A DNA stretch of 59,975 nucleotides, filler included, from Deltaproteobacteria bacterium (GTDB lineage Bacteria; Myxococcota; JACRCW01): NCBI GenBank assembly GCA_016218805.1. It is 3 parts of 3 records of this genome, joined end to end, with 100 filler letters (N's around TTAATTAATTAA, not from the genome) between each part and the next. Parts side by side here need not be neighbours in the genome. Positions count along the whole stretch, not along the records: positions 28,005 to 52,152 come from JACRCW010000016.1; 2 more parts are not named here. One strand, 5' to 3'. The position numbers and the translations under genes are program-made. Shown here one piece after another: positions 29,303 through 39,332 of the stretch (positions are counted from its first letter, which is position 1; each line of letters begins with the position of its first letter). The notes under the pieces were generated by a model. It saw only the letters and a program-made list of their open reading frames with translations. It was not told where the DNA came from and made no database searches.

Positions 29303-30283
29303 ATGGCCACACGGAAGAAGCCTTTGACGTACGCGCGTTCGGGAGTGCGGGTGGACATGGCGGACGCGCTGGTGGAGTACATCAAGAAACGCGCGCCGGG
29401 CATCGGCGGCTTCTCCGGCCTGTTCCCGGTGAAGGTTGGCGGCGAACGCGTGCACCTGGTCGCCTCCACCGACGGCGTGGGCACCAAGTTGAAGCTCGCT
29501 TTCATACTGGGCAAGCACGACACGGTGGGCATTGACCTGGTGGCAATGTGCGTCAACGACCTGGTCACCTGCGGAGCCACTCCGCTGTTCTTCCTGGACT
29601 ACTACGCGACCGGGAAGCTGGAACTTGCTGTGTCCAAGAAGATTGTGGACGGCATCCTGGAGGGCTGCAGGCAGGGACGCATGGCGCTGCTGGGCGGCGA
29701 GACCGCCGAGATGCCCGGCTTCTACACCGCGGGTGAGTATGACCTGGCCGGGTTTGCGGTGGGCCTGGTGCGCGAGGAGGACATCATTGACGGCAGCACC
29801 GCGCGCGCGGGCGACGTCATCTGCGCGCTGCCGTCCTCCGGCGTGCACTCCAACGGGTTCTCGCTGGTGCGCAAGGCACTGGGTCCGGCGGAACTCCGCA
29901 AGCGCGGCAGGGAACTGCTCACGCCCACGCGCATCTACGTGGACGACGTGGAGAAGCTGCGGCATGCCGTGGGTGACGGCGTGAAGGCCCTGGCGCACAT
30001 CACCGGCGAAGGCCTGGAAGGCAACGTGCCGCGCGTGCTGCCCAAGGGCCTGCGCGCGGTGTTTGAGACCAGGCGCTGGGAAGTGCCCGCCATCTTCCGC
30101 CACATCCAGGCGCGCGGCCGCGTCCCGGATGCGGACATGTGGAAGACGTTCAACATGGGCCTGGGTCTGGTTGCCGTGCTGGACAGCGGCACCGTGTCCC
30201 GCGCGCGCAGCGCGTGCCGGGATCTCGTCGTCGTGGGGCACATTGAGAAGGGTCGCACGCCGTTTGCACTCCGGGAGGGATGA
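29303..30283 (+). CDS. purM: Phosphoribosylformylglycinamidine cyclo-ligase (AIR synthetase)
   Basis: STDGVGTK, GIDLVAMCVND, GGETAEMPG, SSGVHSNGFSL, AHITG, TFNMG. Confidence 0.96.
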   Translation: MATRKKPLTYARSGVRVDMADALVEYIKKRAPGIGGFSGLFPVKVGGERVHLVASTDGVGTKLKLAFILGKHDTVGIDLVAMCVNDLVTCGATPLFFLDYYATGKLELAVSKKIVDGILEGCRQGRMALLGGETAEMPGFYTAGEYDLAGFAVGLVREEDIIDGSTARAGDVICALPSSGVHSNGFSLVRKALGPAELRKRGRELLTPTRIYVDDVEKLRHAVGDGVKALAHITGEGLEGNVPRVLPKGLRAVFETRRWEVPAIFRHIQARGRVPDADMWKTFNMGLGLVAVLDSGTVSRARSACRDLVVVGHIEKGRTPFALREG

Positions 30284-30286
30284 GCC

Positions 30287-32470
30287 ATGCAGAAGCGGCA
30301 GAAGATCGCGGTGTTCGCGTCGGGCAGCGGGACCAACTTCCAGGCGCTGCTGGACGCCTGCCAAGGCGGCTACATCCACGGCGACGTGGTGCTGCTGGTC
30401 AGCGGCAAGCCCAACGCCGCTGTGTTGGACCGCGCCCGCAAGGCCGGCGTGGCCTCCGTGGTGCTCCCGTACGAGGAGACGGACACCTACGCCCAGGCCC
30501 TGCTGGGCGAGTGCCGCGACCGCGCCGTGGACCTGGTCTGCCTGGCCGGACACATGACGCGCATCCCCACCCGTTTCCTGGACGCCTTTCCGCAGCGCGT
30601 GCTGAACGTGCACCCCGCGCTGCTGCCCGCGTTTGGCGGCAAAGGCATGTACGGCGCACACGTGCACGAAGCCGTGCTCCAGAGCGGTGCGCGTGTGAGC
30701 GGCGCAACGGTGCACTTTGTCGACGAGAAATACGACAACGGCCCCGCCATCCTGCAGCAGGTGGTCCCGGTGATGGACGGTGATACGCCGGAGACCCTGG
30801 CTGAGCGCGTCCACCAGGCGGAGCACGCCGCGTATCCCCGCGCGGTGCGGTTGTGGTGCGAAGGGCGCCTCACCGTCGACGGGGCGCGCGTGGTGGTGAA
30901 ACCGGAACTGACGCGCCCGGGCCATGTCCGGCGCGCGCTGGTCAGCGTGTCCAACAAGGACGGCGTGGTGGATTTCTGCCGCGGGCTGGCGCAGCTGGGG
31001 ATTGAGATCGTCTCCACCGGTGGCACCGCGCGTGCGCTGCGCGAGGCGGGCCTGTGGGTGCGTCCGGTGGAAGCGCTCACTGGCCACCCCGAAATGTTGG
31101 ACGGCCGCGTGAAGACGCTGCACCCGCGCGTGCACGCGGGCCTGCTGTTCCGCCGCGACAGCGCGGACCACGTCTCGCAGATGGCACGGCTGGACATGGA
31201 GTCCATTGATCTCGTCGTGGTGAACCTCTACCCGTTCGCCGCGGCTGCGCAGAAGCACGCGGCGTTTGAACCCGCGCTGATGGAGGAGATTGACATTGGC
31301 GGGCCCACGCTGGTGCGCGCCTCCGCCAAGAACTGCGACAGCGTGGTCATTGTGGTGGACCCGTCCGACTACACAGAGGTGCTCTCCGAGTTGGACGCGG
31401 GCGGCGTGGTGGCCCCCGCCACCCGCCGCGAACTGGCGCGCAAGGCCTTTGCGCATACTGCCGCCTACGACGCGATGATCTCCCGCACCCTCTCCGGTGA
31501 AAGCGGCGCCGCCGCGCAGTTTCCCGAGGTCATGGAGGTCCGGCTGCGCCGTGTGCAGACGCTGCGCTACGGCGAGAACCCGCACCAGGCCGGCGCGCTG
31601 TACCGCCAGCAGGAGACCAGCCACACGCTGGAACAGCTGCACGGCAAGGAACTTTCCTACAACAACATCCTGGACGCGGAAGGCGCCTGGGACCTGGCAC
31701 AGGACTTCGCCGAGCCTGCAGTGGCCATCTTCAAGCACGTCACGCCGTGCGGTGCCGCAACGGGAAAGGCCCTGCTGGACGCGTGGAAGAAGGCGCTCGC
31801 GTGCGATCCGGTGTGCGCCTTCGGTGGCATCGTCGCCACCAACCGCACGTTTGACCCGGATACGGCGGCGGCCATCGGGGACCTGTTTCTCGAGGTGATT
31901 GTCGCGCCGGACTTCCACCCGGCGGCGCTGGAGATTCTCTGGAAGAAGAAGAACCTGCGGCTGCTCAAGCGCACCGGTCCCCGCGCTCCTGCGCTGCAGT
32001 TCCGCTCCGCCGGCCATGAAGTCCTGGTCCAGCAACCGGATGGAAAGCTGTGGGAGGATCCCCGCCACCCGTGGCGCGTGGTCAGCGCCCGCGCGCCCAC
32101 TGCCGACGAGGAGGCCGCGCTGCGGTTCGCCTGGCCGGTGTGCAAGCACGTGCGGTCCAACGCCATTGTTGTGGCCGGGCCCACGCAGGTGGTGGGGCTG
32201 GGTACCGGGCAGATGTCACGCGTGGACAGCGTGCACATTGCCGGTGTGAAGATGGAGCAGTTCTTCAAGGACAACCCCCGGCCCTCCGTTCTGGCCGGAG
32301 CATCGGACGCGTTCTTCCCCTTCCGGGATGGACTGGATGCGCTGGTGAAGCTGGGCGTGACCGCGGTGGTGCACCCGGGCGGCAGCGTGCGCGACGCGGA
32401 AGTGATCGCCGCGGCGGACGAGCACAAGGTCGCTCTCGTCGTCACGGGCATGCGGCATTTCCGGCACTGA
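30287..32470 (+). CDS. purN-purH: Fused PurN (GAR transformylase) and PurH (IMP cyclohydrolase/AICAR transformylase)
   Basis: N-terminal ~200 aa: SGSGTNFQA, NVHPALLP, GATVHFVDEKYDNGP. Then ALVSVSNK, STGGT, GRVKTLHP, IDIGGP, LRYGENPHQ, SDAFFPFRDG, GMRHFRH in one 727-aa frame. Confidence 0.95.
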   Translation: MQKRQKIAVFASGSGTNFQALLDACQGGYIHGDVVLLVSGKPNAAVLDRARKAGVASVVLPYEETDTYAQALLGECRDRAVDLVCLAGHMTRIPTRFLDAFPQRVLNVHPALLPAFGGKGMYGAHVHEAVLQSGARVSGATVHFVDEKYDNGPAILQQVVPVMDGDTPETLAERVHQAEHAAYPRAVRLWCEGRLTVDGARVVVKPELTRPGHVRRALVSVSNKDGVVDFCRGLAQLGIEIVSTGGTARALREAGLWVRPVEALTGHPEMLDGRVKTLHPRVHAGLLFRRDSADHVSQMARLDMESIDLVVVNLYPFAAAAQKHAAFEPALMEEIDIGGPTLVRASAKNCDSVVIVVDPSDYTEVLSELDAGGVVAPATRRELARKAFAHTAAYDAMISRTLSGESGAAAQFPEVMEVRLRRVQTLRYGENPHQAGALYRQQETSHTLEQLHGKELSYNNILDAEGAWDLAQDFAEPAVAIFKHVTPCGAATGKALLDAWKKALACDPVCAFGGIVATNRTFDPDTAAAIGDLFLEVIVAPDFHPAALEILWKKKNLRLLKRTGPRAPALQFRSAGHEVLVQQPDGKLWEDPRHPWRVVSARAPTADEEAALRFAWPVCKHVRSNAIVVAGPTQVVGLGTGQMSRVDSVHIAGVKMEQFFKDNPRPSVLAGASDAFFPFRDGLDALVKLGVTAVVHPGGSVRDAEVIAAADEHKVALVVTGMRHFRH

Positions 32471-32550
32471 CTGAGCGCGCCACCAGCACCGCGCACAAGG
32501 CACCGCCCACGGCTGGCGCCGGCCCGCGCGGTCGGTGCATGATGCACGGC

Positions 32551-33423
32551 ATGCCCAACGTTCCCGTCGTCCCCAAGAAGGACATCACGCCCTTCCGCAA
32601 GATCGCCATCGGCACCTGGCAGGACGCGTATGACCCCAGCGTCTACGGCACGGTGAAGATCCGCATGGAAAAAGCGCTGGAGTACATTGAGGCGTTCCGC
32701 GCCAAGACCGGCCGCAAGCTCACCGTCACGCACCTGATCACCAAGGCCGTGGCCCAGGCGCTCCATGACACGCCTGACGCCAACGCCATGTTGCGCTTCA
32801 ACCGCATCTGGCTGCGCCAGCGCGTGGACATTGGCCTGCAGGTGGTCATGACGGACGAAGCCACCGGCAAGGTGGACCTCAGCGCCGCCAAGATCCAGGA
32901 CGCCGACAAGAAGTCCCTTGTTGAGATCATTGACGAGCTGGAGGCGAAAGCGAAGCTCATCCGCGACCGCAAGGACCCCGCGCTGGAGAAGACGCGCCAG
33001 AGCATGGGGATGATCCCGTTCATGTTCATGAACGCGTTTGTGAAGCTGCTCAGCTTCCTCCTGTACGAACTCAACCTGGACCTCCGCTGGGCCGGCCTGC
33101 CCGCGGACCCGTTCGGCAGCGCGTTTGTGACGTCCATCGGTTCGCTGGGCCTGCACGTGGCCTACGTGCCGCTGGTCCCCTACGCGCACGTGCCCATTCT
33201 CGTCGCTCCCGGCGCCGTGGAGGATGAACCCGTGGTGCAGGACGGCCGCGTCATCCCGGGCAAGACCATGAGCGTCTCCGCCACGTTTGACCACCGGTTC
33301 ATAGACGGCTTCCACGCCGCCCGGCTGGCCAAGACCATGAAGGAGATGCTCACGGACCCGTTCAACCGGTTTGACAAGCTCACCGACACCCCCGCGGCGG
33401 AAAAGCCCGCGGCCACGGCCTGA
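32551..33423 (+). CDS. 2-oxoacid dehydrogenase E2-like acyltransferase, catalytic domain only
   Basis: VTSIGSLG and ATFDHRFIDG (HxxxDG); no lipoyl domain. Confidence 0.85.
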   Translation: MPNVPVVPKKDITPFRKIAIGTWQDAYDPSVYGTVKIRMEKALEYIEAFRAKTGRKLTVTHLITKAVAQALHDTPDANAMLRFNRIWLRQRVDIGLQVVMTDEATGKVDLSAAKIQDADKKSLVEIIDELEAKAKLIRDRKDPALEKTRQSMGMIPFMFMNAFVKLLSFLLYELNLDLRWAGLPADPFGSAFVTSIGSLGLHVAYVPLVPYAHVPILVAPGAVEDEPVVQDGRVIPGKTMSVSATFDHRFIDGFHAARLAKTMKEMLTDPFNRFDKLTDTPAAEKPAATA

Positions 33424-33426
33424 CGC

Positions 33427-34413
33427 GTGCGTGACGTCGTCCCGATGATGGAGGCCTATCTTCCGCTGATGAAGGCCTCCGCCATGGTCACCGCTGGCGA
33501 GTTGGGCGTGTTCCACCACCTCCACCGCGGCCCCGCCACCGCGGAGGACGCGGCGCACGCCCTCGGCGCGCACGCGGGTGGCATGCGCGCCCTGCTGGAC
33601 GGACTGGCTGCGTTTGGTCTTCTTACTCGCAACGGCGCGCACTACGCCAACACGCCCTTTGTGCGGGACCACTTCACGCCGGCGGCCAAGGCGGACTTCA
33701 CGCCGGGACTGCTGTGGACGGCGGAGGCCCGGCGCCTCATGCACGGGCTGACGGACGCCGTGCGGCTGGGCGGGCCCACGGTCTCCATGTGGGAACAGAT
33801 GAAGGCGCACCCGCGCATGGGTGAGCTGTTCTCCCGCTACATGGCCGCGTTTGCCCGCTACTTCTCTGACGACGTGCAGGCCAGCGTGGAGCTGCCGCCG
33901 GGTGCGCGCCGGCTGCTGGACGTGGGGGGGGCGCACGGGCTGCATTCGGTGGCGTTCTGCCGGCGTTACCCCGCCTTGACCTCCGTGGTCTTTGACTTTC
34001 CGGACAGCCTGCACGCCACCGCCGCCGTGCTGGCGGAGCAGGACCTGTCAGACCGCATCACCCTGCGTCCGGGAGACGCGGTGGCGGATGAGTTGGGCAC
34101 CGGGTTTGACGCGGTGCTGCTGCTCAGCGTGCTGCACAACCAGGACGCCACGCAGACGCGCACGCTCCTCCACAAGGCGTTCCGTGCGCTGGAGCCAGGC
34201 GGACTGCTGGTGATCCACGAACACTTCCAGGGTCAGCAGGACCCGTTGCCGTTTGCCAGCGCGTTCATGCTGACGCTGCTTGTTGAGGTGGGAACCTCTT
34301 TGCACGACTACGCGACGCTGCAGGCGGCCCTGCGCGAAGCGGGGTTCACCCGCACGGAGCGCCGGGATCTGCACCCGCTGGAAAAGGGGTCCATCATCCT
34401 GGCGTGGAAGTAG
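33427..34413 (+). CDS. SAM-dependent O-methyltransferase (dimerisation domain + Methyltransf_2)
   Basis: LLDVGGAHG, VFDFP, GD, SVLHN, LEPGGLLVIHE. Confidence 0.88.
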   Translation: MRDVVPMMEAYLPLMKASAMVTAGELGVFHHLHRGPATAEDAAHALGAHAGGMRALLDGLAAFGLLTRNGAHYANTPFVRDHFTPAAKADFTPGLLWTAEARRLMHGLTDAVRLGGPTVSMWEQMKAHPRMGELFSRYMAAFARYFSDDVQASVELPPGARRLLDVGGAHGLHSVAFCRRYPALTSVVFDFPDSLHATAAVLAEQDLSDRITLRPGDAVADELGTGFDAVLLLSVLHNQDATQTRTLLHKAFRALEPGGLLVIHEHFQGQQDPLPFASAFMLTLLVEVGTSLHDYATLQAALREAGFTRTERRDLHPLEKGSIILAWK

Positions 34414-34416
34414 ACC

Positions 34417-36621
34417 TCAGCGACGACGACGGCGCAGGGCCAGCCCGGCCAGGCACAGCGCGGCCGCGGCGGCCATCGGACCGCCACCGGGTGCGGACAT
34501 CTCGCAACCGCAGTTGCTCACGGTGACGTCATCATCCTGTCCGCCGCTGGAGCCGGCGCCCGCGCCGCCACCACCGCTGCTGGTGCCGTTGGCGCCGCTG
34601 CCGCCGCTGGACGTGGTCCCCCCGCCGGATGACGACGACGTGGAGGTCCCGCCGCCACCGCTGCTGCTGGACGTGCTGCCGGTGCCGCCGTCCGCCGTGG
34701 GACGCGGGCGGCAGTGACCGTCCACGCTGTAGGCGCTGTCCGGCTGGCACTCCTTGCCCACCGGGCAGCTGTCCCCTTCGCCGGACAGCACGCACTCCTC
34801 CACGCAGTCACCATCCACGCAGGAGGTCCCCGCCTGGCAGGTGCGCAGCACCGCCCAACCCGAGCAGCCTGACGCCTGCACCTCGCAGCGTTCAATGGCG
34901 CCGCTGGCCGAGCAGCGCGTGGCGGCCAGCGTGCACTCGTTGGTGCAGCACGCCGCGTTGAGACACACCTGCGGGGCGCTGCACTGGGCCAGGTTGCGCC
35001 AGCTGTTGCAGCCGTTGGCGCCGGACACGCATTCACGGATGTCCGGGCCGCTGCACTCGCGCGTGCCCACCTCGCAGGTGACCGGGCATGACGTGCACGA
35101 CCCGGTGTGCGTGTCGCAGTACTGCGGCTCCTGGCACACCGTGCTGTCCTGCCAGCCCGTGCAGCCCTGGCCATCCGCCGTGCACACCTGGACGGTGTTG
35201 CCCGCGCAGCGCGTGGCTCCCGCCGTGCAGGAGTTGCAGCTCCCGCAGCTGCCGCCGGAGCACGTCTCCGCCGCGGGGCACGCATTCCAGTTCCAGCTGG
35301 TGCATCCGGTGGCATCCGCCACGCATTCGCGCGCGTTGAAGGCGTCCACGCACATGCGTGACCCCGCCACGCACGCGCCGGCGCAGGACGCGCACTGCCC
35401 GGTGGACGCGTCACACAACGTCCCGGACGGGCACGGGCTCACGCCGGACCACTGCGTGCACCCGTGCGAATCCGCACCGCACGTGCGCGTGCCGTTGCCC
35501 ACGCACTGCGTGTCACCCAGCGTGCAGGCCCCCGTGCATGACGTGCACGACCCGCCGTTGCACAGGCTGCCGTTGGGGCAGGTGCTGTTGTTCCAGTGCG
35601 TGCAGCCGCTGGCGTCGGAGACGCACGTCTGCAGCACGCCTTCGGGGCCGCACTGCGTGGCGCCCGCGGTGCACGTGGTGTTGCACGCCTGGCACTGGCC
35701 GTTGCTGCACAACGCGCCGCCCGGGCAGACCTGCTGCGTCCACACGTAGCAGCCCTCAGCGCCCAGCGTGCACACGTTGCGGGACTGGCCGGACGGCGCA
35801 CATGACGCGTCTCCCGCCGTGCACGCGTCCACGCAGCAATCACGCGCGGCAAGGATCACCTGCTGCAGTGCCGCGGCCAGCGCCGCCTCAGACGCGGCCG
35901 AGTACGCCGCCCCCGTCCCACCCGCCTGCGCGATGGCGTTGAGCACCGCCGCATTGTGGTCCGCCGTGACGTCAGCCCCAAACCCAATGACAAACACCTT
36001 GTGCCCCGCGGCGTACAACTCCGCCGCGGCGGCCTGGCTGTCCGCGTCATCCAGGCAGTACTTCCCCTGCGTGGCCACGCCCGGATAGCACTGGCCTGAC
36101 GACGTGCACGGGCAGGTGGCCGGGTCCAGGGACCAATTGCAGTTGGGCACGCCGTCCGTGATGAGCAGGACGTTGGCCGGAGCCATGGTGTTGAGCGCCT
36201 GCAGACGCGCCATCACCATCCGCAGCGTGGCCGCGGTGGGCGTGGCGCCGGCGGGTCCCTGCGCGGGGTCTTCGTAGGCCGCCTGGATGTCCAGCACGCT
36301 GGACCCCACGTCCAGGTAGGTGATGCCCGTGGTGCAGCTGCCGGAGGTGCGGTCACCCGGGTAGAGCACCAGGCCGTAGCGGAAATCACCCGAAAACTGG
36401 TTCACCACGTCGGGAACCACCGTGCGCGCAATGGCCCATTTGCTGGTGCAGCTGGTCCCGCACGTGGACGGGCTCGGGTCCGCCCACATGGAGTTGGACC
36501 GGTCTTGCGTGATCATCAGCACCGGGGACTCGCCAATGCAGCGCTCTGCCCGCGCGGCGCCCGGCACCACCAGCACCGCGAGAATCAGGCTTGCCGATAC
36601 GAGGGATGAAACACGACGCAT
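34417..36621 (-). CDS. Surface protein: signal peptide, VWA domain, Cys-rich repeats, Gly/Ser linker, MYXO-CTERM-like tail
   Basis: MIDAS DRSNS, GATPT, LITDGVPNC; repeated CTxGxxxC...C modules; C-terminus CGC...hydrophobic helix...RRRRR. Confidence 0.88.
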   Translation of the reverse strand: MRRVSSLVSASLILAVLVVPGAARAERCIGESPVLMITQDRSNSMWADPSPSTCGTSCTSKWAIARTVVPDVVNQFSGDFRYGLVLYPGDRTSGSCTTGITYLDVGSSVLDIQAAYEDPAQGPAGATPTAATLRMVMARLQALNTMAPANVLLITDGVPNCNWSLDPATCPCTSSGQCYPGVATQGKYCLDDADSQAAAAELYAAGHKVFVIGFGADVTADHNAAVLNAIAQAGGTGAAYSAASEAALAAALQQVILAARDCCVDACTAGDASCAPSGQSRNVCTLGAEGCYVWTQQVCPGGALCSNGQCQACNTTCTAGATQCGPEGVLQTCVSDASGCTHWNNSTCPNGSLCNGGSCTSCTGACTLGDTQCVGNGTRTCGADSHGCTQWSGVSPCPSGTLCDASTGQCASCAGACVAGSRMCVDAFNARECVADATGCTSWNWNACPAAETCSGGSCGSCNSCTAGATRCAGNTVQVCTADGQGCTGWQDSTVCQEPQYCDTHTGSCTSCPVTCEVGTRECSGPDIRECVSGANGCNSWRNLAQCSAPQVCLNAACCTNECTLAATRCSASGAIERCEVQASGCSGWAVLRTCQAGTSCVDGDCVEECVLSGEGDSCPVGKECQPDSAYSVDGHCRPRPTADGGTGSTSSSSGGGGTSTSSSSGGGTTSSGGSGANGTSSGGGGAGAGSSGGQDDDVTVSNCGCEMSAPGGGPMAAAAALCLAGLALRRRRR

Positions 36622-36760
36622 CACGACCTCCAGGACCACGCACACAGAACCCATTGGCGTCCGGACATCATCGGCAGGTTGACCGATGTGGTTGCGCTCC
36701 CCACCCGCGCCTACCGGGGACCGCAGCCGGTCCGGTCCGTAAGTGATGGAAACGACTGGA

Positions 36761-38215
36761 TCAAGGGCCCGCCAGGCCCAGTTCCCGGCCCACCCGATCC
36801 AGGTCCTCCAGGAGCAGGCGGATGCGGTCTTCATGCGTCCGGAAGGACAGGACGCAGGCGCGCAGGACCGGTCGCCCCCGGACGGACGTGCCGCTGAGAA
36901 ACACGCGCTGCTGTTGGTTCACGCCGGACAACAGGCGGCGGGTGAGCGCGTCGGCCTCGTCAGGCGGGAGGTCCGGCGCGCGCGCGCGGAACGCCAGCAA
37001 ACTCAGCTGCGGCGGCGCCACGACGTCAATCCAGCGCCGCGCGGCAAGCTCCGCGTGCAGCAGACGGGCGAGCGCGAGCTTCTCATTGAGCGCGGCCCGG
37101 AACGCGGCAGCGCCGTGCAGCTGCAGGGGGAGCCACACGCGGAGCCCGCGCCAGTCGCGGCTGAGCTCGGGTGACAGGTCCGCAAAGTCCCACAACCCGT
37201 CGTCACCACGCGGTGGCGGCAGATAGTCCGCCTGCACGCGGTGGGCGCGCCGCAGCGTCTCCACGTCACGCACCAGCACGCAGCCGGTGCCGTACGGGAG
37301 GAACAGGCCCTTGTGCGGGTCCAGCGTGACGCTGTCCGCGCGGTGGATCCCCGCCAGCAGTGACCGGCCGTGCTCCGTCAGCAGAAAGAACCCGCCGTAC
37401 GCCGCGTCCACGTGGAACCACAGGCCGTGCTCGCGCGCAGCGTCAGCGCACGCACCCAGGTCATCCACCGCGCCGGTGTGGGTGGTCCCCGCGGACGCCA
37501 CCAACATGAACGGCTGCAGGCCCGCGGCGCGGTCCCGCGCAACGTGCTCATCCAGCGCGTCCAGCCGCAGGCGGAACGCACCGTCTGACGGGAGCGCGCG
37601 CACGCGCTCCTCCGGGAAACCCGCCACCAGCGCCGCCTTCACGACGGAGTGGTGCACCTGGTCCGACGCGTACAGCACGCCGCGCAGGAAGTCCGCGGGC
37701 AGCCGGTCCCGCCGCGCGGAGACCACGGCGAGCAGGTTGGCCATGGACCCGCCCGTGGTCAGCACGCCGCCGCCTGACGACGGAAAACCGACCAGCTCGC
37801 GGAACCAGCGGAGCACGGCGAGCTCCACCGCCACCGGCCCCGGGCCCGCCTGCCAGATGCCCACGTAGCGGTTGGTGGCGTCGGCCACAAAGTCGGCCAC
37901 CGCGGCGGGGAAGATGCCACCGCCAGGGATGTAGCCCAGGTAGCCGGGGCTCGCGGTGTTGAGGCTTGCGGGGATCACGTGGTCAAACAGCTGGCGCAGC
38001 ACGTCGTCACCGGGGCGCCCGTGTTCCGGCAGGCGCCCCACCAGCGCGCGGGAGCGTTTCCGGCCACCCGCGGTGTCATGCATGGGCTGACCCGGCAGCT
38101 CGCGGAGGTGCGCCACCACGCGCCGGAGCGCGTTCTCAACCAGCGCGTGCATCTCTGCTTCAGTGAGTTCCAGCGGGTGCGCACGTTCCCGCGGGGCGCG
38201 CGGGCGCCGCGGCAT
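36761..38215 (-). CDS. Group II PLP-dependent decarboxylase (aromatic amino acid decarboxylase-like)
   Basis: GGSMANL, HHSVVKA, AGTTHTGAVD, HVDAAYGG, DPHK (PLP lysine), ELSR. Confidence 0.9.
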   Translation of the reverse strand: MPRRPRAPRERAHPLELTEAEMHALVENALRRVVAHLRELPGQPMHDTAGGRKRSRALVGRLPEHGRPGDDVLRQLFDHVIPASLNTASPGYLGYIPGGGIFPAAVADFVADATNRYVGIWQAGPGPVAVELAVLRWFRELVGFPSSGGGVLTTGGSMANLLAVVSARRDRLPADFLRGVLYASDQVHHSVVKAALVAGFPEERVRALPSDGAFRLRLDALDEHVARDRAAGLQPFMLVASAGTTHTGAVDDLGACADAAREHGLWFHVDAAYGGFFLLTEHGRSLLAGIHRADSVTLDPHKGLFLPYGTGCVLVRDVETLRRAHRVQADYLPPPRGDDGLWDFADLSPELSRDWRGLRVWLPLQLHGAAAFRAALNEKLALARLLHAELAARRWIDVVAPPQLSLLAFRARAPDLPPDEADALTRRLLSGVNQQQRVFLSGTSVRGRPVLRACVLSFRTHEDRIRLLLEDLDRVGRELGLAGP

Positions 38216-38218
38216 GGC

Positions 38219-39223
38219 TCAATGCACTACGACGGTGGGCGGCGGTGCGGGAGTGCGCCAATCCGCGCTGGTGAATTCCACCGGCGCACCGGGGGCCGGC
38301 AGCACGGCCGCGGGCTGACCGTCCTTGACGGGGATGCTGACCTCAAACCCCGCCTTCAGCCACGTCTTGTCCTGCGTGGACTGCTTGGCAAAGCGCTGCC
38401 GTGCAAACACCAGCGGCCCGCCCTGCAGGCGCTGCAGCGGGACGCGGAACACGTACCAGCGGTCACGGGCCTCACCGGGCTGCACGGGGTCCAGCTTGAT
38501 CTTCCCGCCGTTGCGCGCCAGGTGCGTCGGTCCCCCGTCGAGAATCGCCACCTGCTGGCCTTCTTTGGCGCCAGGCCCCTCCACCAGGCGCCACGGATCA
38601 TCCGTCATGGTGGCCACACTGGTTCCCACGTTGGTCCAGCGGGCATGGACGCTGACAAACACCTGGTCCGCCGCCGCGGCCACGCCCATCACCTCGCGGG
38701 ACAGTTCCACCTTGTCCACCACGACGAAGAACGGGATGTTCCACTGCACGTCATCCAGCACCACCTCGCCAATCTGGCCGCGGATCTGCTGGTCATACGC
38801 GAGCACGCGCTGCGCCGGGAGCTTCTGGATGACCTGGAACGCGCGCGTTTCCAGCTGCACGCGTTCGTACAGATTGATGGGCGCGCAGCCAACCTGGAAG
38901 GTCACCGGGAAATCAAACGCGATGCGATGGTGCTTGTCAGGGATGGCGCCCTGTTCCTTGAGCCAGCGGGCCACGCGCTGCGCGGTGTTGATCCGCTCAT
39001 CCAGCGTCTTGTCCTTGGACCGCATGTCAATGCGCAGGACGTTGGTGTTGATTCCATCCAGCAGCGTGGCGGACCGCAGGTCCACGCCAAAGCTGTCCGC
39101 CAGCACGGAGGAGCGCGCCATGACCGGGCGGCCTTCGGGGGAGGCGTGTTCCGGGTTGGGCTCAGTGGAAACGCAGGCCGCGGCAAGAACCGGCGCGGCA
39201 ACAAGGACGACAAGTGGCCTCAT
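38219..39223 (-). CDS. Hypothetical lipoprotein, possible DUF4352-like C-terminal domain
   Basis: Lipobox-like LAAAC after a hydrophobic stretch; TNVG...VQPGE...VFRVP pattern. Confidence 0.65.
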   Translation of the reverse strand: MRPLVVLVAAPVLAAACVSTEPNPEHASPEGRPVMARSSVLADSFGVDLRSATLLDGINTNVLRIDMRSKDKTLDERINTAQRVARWLKEQGAIPDKHHRIAFDFPVTFQVGCAPINLYERVQLETRAFQVIQKLPAQRVLAYDQQIRGQIGEVVLDDVQWNIPFFVVVDKVELSREVMGVAAAADQVFVSVHARWTNVGTSVATMTDDPWRLVEGPGAKEGQQVAILDGGPTHLARNGGKIKLDPVQPGEARDRWYVFRVPLQRLQGGPLVFARQRFAKQSTQDKTWLKAGFEVSIPVKDGQPAAVLPAPGAPVEFTSADWRTPAPPPTVVVH

Positions 39224-39332
39224 GCGGACAAGGCTATCCGCCGCGCACGTGACCGGCAAAGGGCGAAGATACGGCAGTGGGAGGACGCCCAGTTTGCCCC
39301 CGGTACTCAGGAGACGCTACCGTCCTCCCGCC

